A program made the translations under genes and the position numbers. A stretch of 64,000 nucleotides of DNA from Felis catus (lineage: Eukaryota). Under the pieces are notes generated by a model. That model did not search any database, was not told the DNA's origin, and saw only the letters and a program-made list of their open reading frames with translations. Shown in pieces: positions 13,352-26,630 of the stretch (position 1 is the first letter of the stretch; each line of letters opens with the position of its first letter). The stretch spans positions 130,760,001-130,824,000 of the forward strand of contig NC_058368.1 in assembly GCF_018350175.1 (NCBI RefSeq), read 5' to 3'.

Positions 13352-13571
13352 TAATTTATTTCTTTTTTTAAAGAGAGAGTGCAACCAAGGGAGGGGTAGA
13401 GAGAGAGGGATAGAGACAGAATCACAGGATAGAGAGAAAGAATGCCAAGCAGGCTCTGCACTGTTAGCACAGAGCCAGATGCAGGGCTCAATCCCACAGA
13501 CTGTGAGATCATGACCTGAGCCGAAATCAAGAGTCAGATGCCTAAAAATGACTGAGCCACCCAGGTGTCCC
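13352..13571 (-). mobile_element. SINEC
   Basis: Can-SINE consensus. Confidence 0.93.
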
Positions 13572-13624
13572 TATTCTCTTGAACTTCCTTCTCTCCTTTC
13601 CTTCCCTTTCCCTTCCTTTCCTTT

Positions 13625-13790
13625 ACAAGAGGCAGGGAGAGGCACAGAGAGGGACAGAAAGAATCTCAAGTAGACTCCATGTGGTCAGCACAGAGCCCCA
13701 TGTAGGGATCCAACTCATGAACCATGAGATCATGACCTGAGGTGAAATCTAGAACTGCATACTTAAGTGACAGAGCCACCCAAGTGTCCC
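13625..13790 (-). mobile_element. older SINEC
   Basis: diverged Can-SINE. Confidence 0.88.
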
Positions 13791-13858
13791 AAGGACGAGT
13801 TATTAAGCTAACATAGTGTGCTGTGAAAGTCTGGGAACTGTGTAAAAACACATGCCTC

Positions 13859-14060
13859 GGGTGCCTAGGTGGCTCAGTCAGTGGAGTGTCCGACTTCAGC
13901 TCAGTTCATGATATCACGGTTCGTGAGTTCGAGCCCAGCATCAGGCTCGCTATGATCTTTGCAGAGCCTGCTTTGGATCCTCTGCCACCCTCTCTCTGCC
14001 CCTCCACTGCTCAGGCTTTCTCTCTCTCTCAAAAAATGAGTAAACAGTAAAACAAAACAA
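13859..14060 (+). mobile_element. SINEC
   Basis: Can-SINE; TSD cacatgcctc. Confidence 0.94.
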
Positions 14061-14399
14061 AGCACATGCCTCAGAATTTTCTTGCCCAAGGGACCAGTAT
14101 ATTTATACTGCAATTTCTGAGTCACTGGTTGGGGGATATCTGAGGGACATTAATTCCTTGGCACATTCCCCTTGCTGTAGGAGTGGGAAACAGGCCTTCT
14201 GAATGTCCAAGAAAAGTTCTCAAGCACAGAGATACTAATTCTGGCCAAGTGGGGTTGGCTAGCCTACACTGGAACAATAAAGTCTAAGGAACATGCCTCG
14301 CTGACAACATCTGCTCCATTAGAGAAGGTCAGTATTCCTTTACTTTTAATCAAGGCCTGAGGAGGTCAGTAAATAATAGTATCTTGCCCATGAGAAATT

Positions 14400-15170
14400 A
14401 TTTCTTTAGTGTGTAACAGGTAGCCTAGAAATGCACAAATTCAGTAAGCATTCCAGATCTTCTTCAGCAGACTAATGAGATCATCAAGGACCCAGGCTAT
14501 TCCAATCCTTCTCCACGATCTCTAACATAGTAGCCTTAGTCCTCATCCATCTAGTAATCACATGGTTCCAAGATAGCTGCTCCAATATTAAGTTTAAAGG
14601 GGGGCAATGAAGGAGAAAGAGGGAACAGTCCAACTACTTCATTTCATAGCCTTATATCTTTAACCAGAAAACAATCTTTACCAGAAGACATTTAACAAAA
14701 CTCCAATAATTGTGGCAACTATTGAGTCACATAGCCAACCTTACCTGCAAAAACAAGTTTATGGCCGTATCAGTCAAGTTCAGTGTCAGAAATAAAAGTC
14801 TTTGTAAGTATTTTAAGCAGAAAAGCATTTAACATAAGAATTAGAAGCTTACCAAATTATAGGCAAGACTAGAGGAGTTCTAATCTGAACCCAGGTGATT
14901 CCTACAACTACATAGCTGAATTTACACACGAAAGCTATGGTGAAGCCACAGGTAAGAAACTGGAGACAGACGAGGATACTAATGTTAACTGCTGAGATTA
15001 GGGACACTGACCTGAGGTGTGATCCAGTGATTGGAAGCCAGAACCAGAAAATCAAGACTTCTGGGAATACAGCAACACAGGCCAGAACAGTGCTAGGAAC
15101 ACAACAAAGAAACATGTATCCACGTGAGTAATTGTTATTCAGAACACTTGCTACAAAGGAATCCGGGGAA
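14400..15170 (-). mobile_element. MaLR (MLT1-like) LTR fragments, probably nested
   Basis: catcaaggacccaggc, catggttccaagatagctgctcca and gagtcacatagccaacc motifs. Confidence 0.5.
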
Positions 15171-15437
15171 CACAGAAATTAAAATGAGACTAACTTGAAC
15201 TGAAGACCCCAAACCATGACACTTGTTCTATGGTTAAACACACTGCATTTCTATAAATACCAGGGTTCTGTAAGCAAAGGAAAAGTTGGGAGCAATGACG
15301 ATTAGAAAACCAATTAATAATACTGGGCTCAGCCCTCCCTCCAGGAATGAAATGAGGGTTTTAGTTTTCACTGAGGGTGGTGAGGATACTACTCTAAGTC
15401 CCCAGTTTCTTCTTCATTATCTGTAAAGATTCCTTAC

Positions 15438-15485
15438 CATCTCTGGCTTAGTTCAGGATTTACAGCCATAGGTCTCTGGCTAATC
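15438..15485 (-). pseudogene. candidate exon, 48 nt
   Basis: ccctatattcattatcaag|G...ATG|gtaagg. Confidence 0.35.
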
Positions 15486-15663
15486 CTTGATAATGAATAT
15501 AGGGAAGAATGACATCAATAGAAGGTAACAGAGCAGTGACAGGTTCTTCAATAAAAATATATGTGTGGTTTTTTTTTTGTTTTGTTTTGTTTTTTACCTA
15601 AACTAGAAATCAGTTAAGTTTCTCTTGAGACTTAGGAATTTTCAAATACAAGATAGTTCATAC

Positions 15664-15782
15664 CATTGATGATCATTTTTGTTCTTATTCAGAAAACTCT
15701 AATTGTATTACAGCTAAATTTTATCTTGGAATGGATATCCACAATCATTTGTAATTAAATTAGTTCAATTTTGTTTATTTGT
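15664..15782 (-). pseudogene. candidate exon, 119 nt, with stops
   Basis: cctttattttag|A...ATG|gtatga; QINKIELI*LQMIVDIHSKIKFSCNTIRVF*IRTKMIIN. Confidence 0.35.
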
Positions 15783-16116
15783 CTAAAATAAAGGATTATT
15801 TATATTAACATACAGGACATTGAAGCATTCATAGAAGCATGGCATGTTGGATATTATTCCTTGTGATAGATTTTAGGCAAATAATATCAGATGCTAATAT
15901 GTAGTTGGTTCTTACAGAGGGAAAGAGGAAATCTCATGCTGTTTCTGCTTGCTAGCCATCTTACTGTAAGGCACTAAAATGTTGCCTATACACTCAGTGA
16001 AAATGATTTAAAAGTTCTGCGAGTGAACAACATTAAGAGGTTATGAAACCCTGACTAGTATTCTGGTTCCATCAAGAGCAAGAGTCTGGTTACATGCACA
16101 AAGAAAAGATTTCACA

Positions 16117-16295
16117 GGGGCGCCTGCGTGGCTCAGTCGGTTAAGCATCCAACTTCGGCTCAGGTCGTGATCTCACAGTCCGTGAGATCGGGAGCCTGCT
16201 TCAGATTCTGTGTCTCCCTCTCTCTGACCCTCCCCCGTTCATGCTCTGTCTTTCTCTGTCTCAAAACTAAATACACATTAAAATTTTTTTTTTAA
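16117..16295 (+). mobile_element. SINEC with internal deletion
   Basis: lacks the B-box-distal segment; degenerate TSD aaaagatttcaca/aaaaggttttaca. Confidence 0.92.
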
Positions 16296-16507
16296 ACAAA
16301 AGGTTTTACAAAATACATTCCTCACTCTCACAATAAGAGATTAAGAGGTTTGTTTCACTCCCTAACAATAAGAACATTAAGGTCCAAAGAGTATTTGAAA
16401 TGTATGGAAATGTAAAGATTTAGGATAAGTGATCTTTACATAAGATGGAGTTACAATGTATGCTGGGAGATTGCCTTCGGCCATTACGAAGTTAGCTCAG
16501 GGCTCAC

Positions 16508-16535
16508 CTTTGACGTTTTCAGGGACTTAAAAAAC
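16508..16535 (-). pseudogene. candidate micro-exon, 28 nt
   Basis: ttttgtgatag|G...AAG|gtgagc; FFKSLKTSK. Confidence 0.3.
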
Positions 16536-17049
16536 CTATCACAAAATATTTATTTTGAAATTAAATGAAGAATCAAGCAGAGAGTGCTATGAATTTTCTA
16601 CAAATGCACTGTTAATTCCCATAATGCCACTAAAATACTGAAAAAAATCAAGACACTCAACCATAAATATATCAGCCTTTTAATGTATCAAGGCAACAGA
16701 AAAGGGTAAGAGAAGAGAGTCTATAGTGGGATCATAAGAACTTTGACATCGTAAGTGGGTAAAGAGAATTTAGTAGGCATTTATGTAGTCATTGCCATTA
16801 AAATTCTCTTTCAGTATTTCTTCAGGAGACTTCTGTTTAGACACCAACTTTGGAGTGGATCATTTTTAACGTGAGCTCTTAATGAGACTGTCCTCTTTAG
16901 TATATCTGACACTTAAATAGGAACCATAACAAAATAATTAATATATAATAGTATTAATATTCCTGTATTGGTAATGTCAGGTGATGCTTGGGCATCTGAA
17001 CTTAGCACAGTGAGAAACTTTTGAAGTTACTGACTCGAATGATGTCATT

Positions 17050-17237
17050 TTATACTTTATCACATCATTGTATTTTGTGAACTAGGTAGTCTTTTTAAAC
17101 ATATTGAACAAATCAGGAATTGGGAATGTGGAGAAAATTAACTTGGGTAAGATAACACATCTAGTAATATTAGGAAAGGTAGACTGAGTCTCAGATGTCT
17201 GAGTCCAGAGCCTAACTTCTCAGACTCCTAACTATAT
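17050..17237 (-). mobile_element. MIR
   Basis: aacttgggtaagataacacatctagtaa...gtctgagtccagagcc core. Confidence 0.7.
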
Positions 17238-18068
17238 CCCGTGCTTACATGTGCATTTAATGTTCGCTTTAGAGGCACAGAAATAAAGCTATCCCTGATA
17301 CTGGTTTCATGGCAATAACGTGGAACATCCATTTTAACTGTGCTTCAGTTACATCTGGATTGGACAAAGTTTTTCAAATAAAAACAGTAGAGATAAATAT
17401 TATATGGGTAATGAGGAGGATAAGAAGTCATAAATCATTTTTGCTGACACTCTCTTGGCCGCCATATCTACATGCAATTATAATAACTCTTTTCTGTATT
17501 ACGTTTAGAAAATGATGGCCTCATTTTTAAGGTGCTTTAGAGCAATCAAACAAACATGAAATATGAAAGCGTAGAAGCTAGAAGTTGGTTCCCTTTACTT
17601 CTGTCTCCCCACCCGCTAGCTTATCCTTCTATCAGTCTGCATGGACCTTCCAGAAAACCTAATCGTGACAACTTTTTTAAAAGGCTGTGACCCAGAAGTC
17701 ATCACTGCCAGCATCTTCCTATCTAAACAAACCTCTCTTCACCCACATCCAATATATCATCACTTGAACAATGTTGCTGACTTGGATGGTTCCCAAGCTC
17801 CCTTTATCAGTATGCCAGTTCACACTTAAAATTGGGTTAAAAGGTGAAAACTACCCTTCTTGATCAGGTCGCTACTGTAAGACCCCAACTTCTCCATTTT
17901 GAAGAGCCTCTGAGCTTACATACTATTCCTAAGCTCATATTTTTCTAAAATCAAAGCCCAGTGCACTAGGATGTGCCTGACCAAACTGATGAGGACCCAG
18001 TTATAGACCTGCCAGAAATTTGGCTAAGAAGCAGATTCTGTCAGTGTCACTCTGCCAAAGTAGGAAGT

Positions 18069-18071
<3 letters not shown>

Positions 18072-18126
<55 letters not shown>
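18072..18126. repeat. (TA)n microsatellite
   Basis: pure TA array. Confidence 0.97.
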
Positions 18127-18129
<3 letters not shown>

Positions 18130-18334
18130 TAAGACTAAGTTATGGAACGAAAAGGAAAGCAAACTGTCAAGTCAAGACTGGAGAAGAGCTTGGACAAATT
18201 GAAAAAATAAAGAGTCCTCAACTGTACACAGAAGAGGCATCATTTAGAGTATTTCTCAGAAACCTGGAGACATGGCATTGAGATGTCTTATCTACGTCCC
18301 TAATTGTCTTTTGCTTGCTACAGAAAATAATTAC

Positions 18335-18634
18335 CATTTTGATCACCCATCCCATATATCCCTATAATTTCAATGTAGTCACCATAGCTCCTCGAGATTG
18401 TGGTAGTCACTAATGTACAACTTTTTAACAGCCTATTTATTTGTTTGATCTCGGTCTTCACTTTTGTGTTTAATGTTTTACTTTGTGTTGATTTTGGCAC
18501 CATTTAATTTTATTAGTTTTTATATTTGTCACCAACAGTAATGACTCAAACACTGAATTACTCTTTGCTTGAATGAGTCACTCCAATTTTCCATTTCACT
18601 GATCTTTTAAATACATTTATTTAAAGAATTTAAC
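18335..18634 (-). pseudogene. candidate exon, 300 nt, decayed
   Basis: ttcattctatttttcaag|G...ATG|gtaatt; 3' half open for 56 codons (MVPKSTQ...GMGDQN), 5' half with stops. Confidence 0.45.
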
Positions 18635-20026
18635 CTTGAAAAATAGAATGAACCATAAGAAGAATGCCCATATTAAGAAGGATTTTCAAACATTTCTCTA
18701 CAAGCAATAGTGAAATGAAATAACCTTGCAATTTTGACCATAAAGTAGCAATCAACTTCCCATAATGTTAAAAACTCAAGAGTATAATAATGATAAAGTT
18801 GGAATATAACTCAGCCACCAAATATTCCAATGCCTTTCAGTGTTTTATTTTCCTACAACTTGATGGCTTTATATGACTCAATGGATTAATGAATACAAGA
18901 AATCTAAAGATTAAGCCCATAAATAATATGATGTGGAAATGAAAAGAAAGCAATGAAGTGACAAAATGTTTTTGAGAAAGAATCAAATAAACTTCCGTTG
19001 AATAAGCTGTTTGACAGGATGCTTTTCCTGTGGAAGCCTTTAATTGCTGTCAAATGCTTTCTATAATTAGGTCCTAGTCTGTCTTTAACCTCTGTAACAC
19101 ATTACATTCAACAAAAGACTCAAAGTATTAAGGAATTAAGATAGTATTTTAAAGTAAAATTGTATGATGATGTTCAAGATTTGTAACGTTCAAGACTGTT
19201 CACTTAAAAAAAAATAGAAAAATTCCTCTGGATATTTTGTCTTATTTCTTTCTACGATTTATCCTAAAGATGCTCTTTATGTTTATAAAGCTTGAATCCT
19301 AGAAAACAGTTCTTAAAATCAGATTCAAGAAATAAAGAAAAAGGGGTTAGTGAGAAATCCTACAAACAGACTTCAGAGTAAAGATGGTTTAAACACAGGT
19401 CTTCTCCACCAATAAATCCCGCTGAAATAATCGTCATTTAAAAAAAAAGTAAGCCACAAGAACAGAGAAAATAAGAAACCACAGAAAAACTTTCAGAAGG
19501 AAAGCAGATGAATGGTGGTAACTGACAACAGGCATAAGAAATCTCAATCTTTAGCCAACAGTGAAGAACTTCCAAATGATTCACACTGTGCTTCTAAAAG
19601 TAAGGGTAAAGATGAAGCTAATACCGGAAGGATTGACTAATGATTCCTTGAAGTTAAGGGACTGAAATACGCATTCCCCAGCCAAGAAAACAGGGAGGGC
19701 TCTGTAATGGGAGGTCCCATGTGCATTCAAGTGCAAGAAGATTTAGTAAATATTTACTTACTGAATGTTGAAACACTTCAACACCCTTCTTTTACATGTG
19801 CCTCAAGATGCCAGTAGCCAAACCTATCCTCTCAGATGACTAGAAAATTTTCCTGTAGCAAATGGTCCAGGTAAAGGTGAAACAACTAAACATCCAACAG
19901 GAGGTCCCTAATACAATGACACAAAAGATAATGCTCTGACACCAAAACCTGCATATGACAATCCCTACCCATCAGCATAGTGTTTCCAATAAGATTTTTA
20001 TTTTCCCACTTTTAAAAATGAATAGA

Positions 20027-20244
20027 GGGGCGCCTGGGTGGCGCAGTCGGTTAAGCGTCCGACTTCAGCCAGGTCACGATCTTGCGGTCCGTGAGTTCGA
20101 GCCCCGCGTCAGGCTCTGGGCTGATGGCTCAAAGCCTGGAGCCTGTTTCCGATTCTGTGTCTCCCTCTCTCTCTGCCCCTCCCCCGTTCATGCTCTGTCT
20201 CTCTCTGTCCCAAAAATAGATAAAAAACGTTGAAAAAAAAATTT
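20027..20244 (+). mobile_element. young SINEC_Fc
   Basis: near-consensus, CpG intact; TSD aaaaatgaataga. Confidence 0.97.
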
Positions 20245-20259
20245 AAAAATGAATAGATA

Positions 20260-20473
20260 GGGGCACCTGGATGGCTCAGTCGGTTAAGCGTCTGACTTCG
20301 GCTCAGGTCATGATCTCACAGTCCGTGAGTTCAAGCCCCGCGTCAGGCTCTGTGCTGACTGCCCAGAGCCTGGAGCCTGTTTCCGATTCTGTGTCTCCCT
20401 CTTTCTCTCTGAACCTCCCCCACTCATGCTCTGTCTCTGTCTCAAAAATAAATAAACGTTTAAAAAAAATTAA
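20260..20473 (+). mobile_element. SINEC (older subfamily)
   Basis: TSD aaaaatgaatagata. Confidence 0.96.
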
Positions 20474-21014
20474 AAAAATGAATAGATAACTAAAGATCAT
20501 TAGCAGAAAAAACCTCTAACTCGCAAACAAACAAACAAACAAACAATGTGAATACAAGATTAAAAAGAAGAAAAGGGGAATCCTGTCTGTGAAAATGGTA
20601 TATTAGGTAGTTCCAAGAGTTCCCAACTCCATAGAAACAGAAAAATGTCAAAATTGTCAGAATAAACTGTTTTAACTGCACAAAATAGTCAAAGCTTTAG
20701 CGATACCAAACGAATGTTGAATCAAGAAAAAACTCACTTGAAACTGATAGGAAGCCTTTACACATTTTCACTCATCTTTGGCCCTCCCCCCTCACTGGCA
20801 AGGCAGTGGTGAGGAAGACTAGACTCTCCACTCCCAGGGTCAAACCCTGCTTCGAGGTCCAGAGAGAGCTGAAAAGGTCTTATTCTGCAAGAACTTGTCT
20901 GTCTGCTTTGCCCTATTGGGAGCCTACCCAAAGGACTGATCAAAGGCGCCTGCCTTTGTTTTGCTTGAGTCACAATTCTCTGACTTAGTTCCCTTAGCAT
21001 TACACTCCCTAGTG

Positions 21015-21168
21015 AGGCAAGAGGGTGGAGGTTGAAATAGGCGGTGGGGACTAAGGAATGTACTTGTCCTGATCAGCAGCGCGTGCTGTATCAAATTGTT
21101 CAATCACTATGTTGTACACCTAACAAACACTGTATGTTAACTGTACTGGAATTTAAAACAAAATCAAA
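21015..21168 (+). mobile_element. short L1 3' UTR end (carnivore type)
   Basis: matches the L1 3' end at 56990-57130. Confidence 0.8.
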
Positions 21169-21364
21169 GAAAGGGACTCTCTCAGCAGAGGGGGGGGCTA
21201 TGCAGAGGGCATTCTGTGAAAATACTTCAATGTCCACCAACAACCTGCTGTTGCTTGAGGCCAGAGAATCAAGTTGAGACAAACAACAGACGTGCTGAAA
21301 GCCTGGGGGGGGAAAGTTGCAGAGAGTTTCTTTGGGAAATGAGGTCAGTAAAAAGCACCCACAT

Positions 21365-21585
21365 GGGGCGCCTGGGTGGCGCAGTCGGTTAAGCGTCCGA
21401 CTTCAGCCAGGTCACGATCTCGCGGTCCGTGAGTTCGAGCCCCGCGTCGGGCTCTGGGCTGATGGCTCGGAGCCTGGATCCTGTTTCCGATTCTGTGTCT
21501 CCCTCTCTCTCTGCCCCTCCCCTGTTCATTCTCTGTCTCTCTCTGTCCCAAAAATAAATAAACGTTAAAAAAAATTTAAAAAAAA
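21365..21585 (+). mobile_element. young SINEC_Fc
   Basis: TSD aaaaagcacccacat. Confidence 0.97.
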
Positions 21586-22084
21586 AAAGCACCCACATAT
21601 GGAGGAATTTAGAAAGACAAACGAATTTTAAGTGCAGGAGGCCTGTTCAGAAAAGGCATGAAAAACCCTTCAGCTTTTACCTCTGATTCTAGGTACACAC
21701 CTGGAGAAAGAAATGAAGGCTGCGTCAGAGCTCTTAAGGAGCCTGGCGATGTGTTACAGAACCCCCCCTTCCCCTTCTCCCACCGCATTCCCTTCCCTCT
21801 TTTCCTCCTTCTTTTCTTCTGGACAACTGAAGAAGTGAGGATTTCAAAGTTCCCACGTGACAAAAACTACAGACTTCGTAAAAAAAAAAAAAATGTCTAG
21901 AAAAGTGACAAAATAAACTATGACACACAGCAACCTACAAAACATACCCCGAGGAGAGGGAGTGTGATTTCCAGATCCACCACATTATAACACTCAACAT
22001 TTCTGGTTTTAACAAAACATGACGAAACCAAGCAAGGCAAAGCAACAAAAGGGTAGGTAAATTCACAACAGACACTATCTTTTC

Positions 22085-24500
22085 TGTCCGATTTCTGAAA
22101 AATCATTGCCAAACGTGCCCTCTATACTTTCTTATCAGACTTCTACGGTTTGGCGTTGTCATGTTTAAGTCTTTAGTTCATTTGCAGTTGCTTTTTGGGT
22201 ATGGTGTAAGGTGAGGATCTAATTCCATCACTTATTTCTCAACACCGTTTTGGGTGTCCTTTCCGCATAGCGTATCCTGACTCTGCTATGTATTCTTGGC
22301 ATCTCTGTTGACTAGTAGGACTGTATAGGCAGGGGTTTAGTCCTGGGCTGTCATTCTGTTCCATCGGTCTGTTTGTGTCTATGCTAGAACAATACTGTTT
22401 TTATTACTGTAACTGTGCAACATACTTTGAAATCAAGAAGTGTGATTCTGCCAACTTTGTTATTCTTGCTCAAGATTATGTGGCTATTTGTGGTCCCATG
22501 CAAGTTTTAGGATTTTTTTTTCCTAATTTGGTTAAAGATATTTTTGGAATTTTGATGGGGATTGCACACAACCTGTCAATGGCTTGGCAAAATATGGTCA
22601 TTTTACAATATTAATTCTTCCAATCCATGAACATGAAATATCTTTGTCATTATTTGTGTCTTAATTTCTTTTATCAATACTTTATAGTGTTCAGTATATA
22701 GATATCTCATCTCCTTGGTTTGCTAGTATTTTGTTGAGGACTTTTACCTATATGTTCTTCAAAGATAATGGCCTGTAATTTTCTTTTCTCATAGTATTTT
22801 TTACCTGGTTTTGGGATCAGACCAATCCTAGTCTCATAAAATGAGTTTGGAAATAGTCCTGCCTTTTGAATTTTTTGAAGAGTTTGAGAAGGATTGGTAA
22901 TTTTCCTTAAATGTTTGGTAAAATTCACCTGTGAAGCCATCTGGTGCTGGGCTTTTCTTTTTGGGGAGGTATTTGATTACTGATTCAATCTCCTTAATTA
23001 TTATGGTCTGCTTACCTTTTCTATTTCTTCATCATTTAATCAGTAAATTCATTGGTAGGTTGTATGTTTTTAGAAATTCACTGATTTCTTCTAGGCTATC
23101 CTATGTACTGGTGTGTAAGTATTCAAAGCAGTGTTTTATGATTCTTTTTTTTTTTTTAACGTTTTTATTTATTTTTGGGACAGAGAGAGACAGAGCATGA
23201 ACGGGGGAGGGGCAGAGAGAGAGGGAGACACAGAATCGGAAACAGGCTCCAGGCTCCGAGCCATCAGCCCAGAGCCTGACGCGGGGCTCGAACTCACGGA
23301 CCGTGAGATCGTGACCTGGCTGAAGTCGGACGCTTAACCGACTGCGCCACCCAGGCGCCCCTTTGATTCTTTTTATTTCTGGGTTATCGGTTGTAATGTC
23401 TGTTATTTTAGTTCTGATTTGAGTCTTTTATCTTAGTGTAGCTAAACGTTTGTCAGTTTTATCTTTGTGAAATGTCAGCTCTTAGCCTAATTCATCTTTT
23501 CTATTCTTTCTCTTCCCCCTATTTATTTCTGCTCTCATCATTGTTATTTCCTTCTTTATGCTGACATTGGGTATAGTTTATTCAGCATTTTCTAATTCTT
23601 TAAGGTGCAAAGTTGGATTAGTTATTTGACATCTTTCTGTCTCTTTTTATTAATGTAGGCATTTATCACTATAAACTTCCCTCTTGGAACTGGTTTGGCT
23701 GCATCCCTAAGTGTGGGTATTGTGTTTCCATTTTCATTTGTCTCATATGTTTTGATTTCTTCATTGAAATCAGGTGTGTGCTGTCAATATCCTAGCTCTC
23801 CTCCTGTTAACTGACTTCTAATTTCCCAACACTATAGTCAGAAAAGATGTTTGATAGGATTTTAATATTAACTTTGTTAAGGCTTGCTTTGTAGCCTACC
23901 ATACAACCTATACTGGAAAATGCTTCACATGCGCTTGATAAAAATGTGTGTTCTGGTGTTGTTCAATGGAAAATTCTGTATAAATGTATTAGTTCCATTT
24001 GGTCTAAAGTGGAGTTCAAGTAAAATGTTTCCTTCATTTTCTGTATGGATGATCTACCCACTTTTAACAGTGAGATATTAAGAACCCCCACTATTATTGT
24101 AATGCTATTTATTTCTTCATTCAGATCTGTTAATATTTGCTGTATATATTTAGATTTTCCTGTGTCGGATGTATTTGTCTCTTGTAACAGTTTTTTATTT
24201 AAAATTTGTCTGTGACATGAATGTAGCTGTTCTTGTTGTTTTCATTTCCACTTGTATGGACTACAAGTCCCTTCACTTGCAAGCCTTAACACTTTATGGA
24301 GTCTCTTATAAGCAGCTTATAGTTGGTCTTATTATTTTTAGTCCACTCAATTACTCTTTCTATTGCAGAAGTGAATCCATTTAATTACTGATAACTAAAA
24401 ATTTACTGTTACCATTTTAAAAATTGTTTTCTGGCTGTTTTGAAGTTCTTTTATTCCTTTTTTCCTGTCTTGCTGTCTTCCTTTGTGATTTTAAATTTTC
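22085..24500 (-). mobile_element. LINE-1 ORF2 fragments (internally deleted)
   Basis: minus ORF with [20 protein letters not shown]-region homology near 24060-24160. Confidence 0.9.
23145..23361 (-). mobile_element. young SINEC_Fc
   Basis: near-consensus; TSD tgattcttttt. Confidence 0.97.
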
Positions 24501-24904
24501 TGTGATAGTTTTTACATGAGTATTATTTCTTTGAAGTTTGGTACAATGCCCCAGTAAAACCATCTGTGTTTTAAGTAGAGTTTATGCAAAATATTTAAAT
24601 AGAAAATCAATGTATTTAATTCATATAGGACTATTCACATTATCTAATTCTTCTTAAGTGTGTTTTGGAGTTTCTGTCTTTCAAGAAATGTATTCATTTA
24701 ATTTAAGTTACTGGACTTAAGAACTTAAGATATTAGTCATATTCACTTATCTTTTTAAGGTCAGTAGGGTCTGTAGTGATAAGCCTTCCTTGATGCTTGA
24801 TGTTACTGGATATTGTAATTGGTTTCTCCTCTCACTCCCTCTCCATCCCTCCATCTCTCTTGTGAGATTGCTACAGTTTTGTCAATTCTATAAATTTCTT
24901 TCAA

Positions 24905-25106
24905 GTTTTTTATTTTATTTATTTATTGAAAGAGAGAGGGGGGATGCACAGAGAGAAGAGAGAGAATCTCAAGCAGGATCCATGCTGCCGGTGCAGAGCC
25001 TTACATAGGACTCGATCTCATGGGCTTGATCATGAACTACAGTAAGATCATGACCTGAGCTGAAATTGAGTCTGATGCTTAACCAACTGAGCCACCCAGG
25101 TGCCCC
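24905..25106 (-). mobile_element. SINEC
   Basis: Can-SINE consensus. Confidence 0.92.
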
Positions 25107-26378
25107 TATGGATTTCTTTAAATAATGGCTTCTGACTTGATTTTCTATACCTTTTTCCGTCTTGAATACAATTGATACTTCCTCTAATATGATTTCTACA
25201 TGCTTTCAGTTAATCTTCTAATTTTTCAAGTTTCTTGAGATGGGAGCTTAGATTGTTGATTTGACCATTTCTTTTTAATTTTAGTCTAAGAATTAAGGGC
25301 AATACTTTTCTCATTAAATATTGCTCTACTTTGGAATTTGGACTTTGGACAAGGACTTTGAAATTTTGCATTTTCTTTTTTATTCAGTTACATGTATATT
25401 TTATTACCTTTGGGACATTCTTTTTGTCCCATAAATTATTTAGAAAGATATTTTTCACTCTCCATGTGTTTGCAGATTTTACTATTATATTTCTATTATT
25501 GATTTCTAGTTTGGGCCCATTATGATAAGAGAACATACTTTGTACTTTTATTTTAAAAGTTCATCGCACAGAAACGATTCTAAGAAGACAATTTCTTTCT
25601 CCCCACTCTTTAAGATGTTGTTCCCCTCTCTTCTAGTTGACATTAAGATGAGAGAAATGCTATTATCTCATTCCGTTATATGTACTATGCTATTTTGTCT
25701 CCTTTCAAGATTTCTCTTATTACTCTAGATTTAAGGAATTTTCCTATATCTTAGTAAATTTTTACTCGCATTTCTTTTGGCTGGGGTTTGCCGAGCTTTT
25801 TGGATCTACAGCTTTACAGGTTGCATCAAATATGGAAAACTTTTTGCCACTGTTACTTCAAAATTTTTTCTCTCCCCTTTTTCCTTTGAGAATTTTAATA
25901 ACACTAACATTCCTTTTTTGGAAGTTATACCAAGAGTCACTTTAATTTTTTAAATCTTTTTTTTCTCCATATTTCATTTTGAAGGCTTTCTACTGCTGTT
26001 TTCAAACCCAGTTATATTTTCTTATGTGGAAATTTATTGTTAATCTACCATAGACACTGTAGTTTTCAACTCTAGCAGCTTATTTTTGGTCTTTTCAAAG
26101 TATCTTTAACATGTTTACTTAATTTATTCAAATGTTTCAATGTCTACAAATGCTATTATCTATGTCATTATCATATTCAATTGATTTTCTTGCTATTTGG
26201 GTGATGTTTTCCTGCTCCTTTACATGTCTTATTGTTTTATTAAATTTGAGGTTATAGATTGTTAATTTGTTGGGTCCTAGATGTCTCCTGTTTCTTTAAG
26301 TATTCTTGAGGTTCATTCTAAAATACTATTATATGGAAACAGTTCCATCCTTTCAAGTCTTGCTTTTAAAATGCTTTA

Positions 26379-26499
26379 GTGGTACCTGGGAGCTCAGTTA
26401 AGAGTCAGACTCTTTATTTCAGCTCAGGTCACAATCTCATGGTTCGTGAGTTCGAGCCCCATATTGTGCTCTTTGCTGACAGTGGGGAGCCTGCTTGGG

Positions 26500-26557
<58 letters not shown>

Positions 26558-26630
26558 CCTCTTCTCCCCCATGTGCATGGTCATGCTCATGTGCTCTCTC
26601 TCCAAAATAAATAAACTTTAAAAAAATAAA
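26379..26630 (+). mobile_element. SINEC with expanded (CT)n
   Basis: Can-SINE; TSD atgcttta. Confidence 0.92.

Larger units (their letters stand above)
13235..14320 (-). mobile_element. ancient ERVL-class LTR (LTR16-like) split by three SINECs
   Basis: ctcagaagc...caagtgcagttatttgatttaggagg motif; sequence resumes after each SINE. Confidence 0.5.
19370..22080 (+). mobile_element. ancient L1M/HAL1 5' region fragments hosting younger insertions
   Basis: acttcagagtaaagatgg start; L1M-like 5' UTR motifs (ttccagatccaccacattata...ctggttttaacaaaa). Confidence 0.55.
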
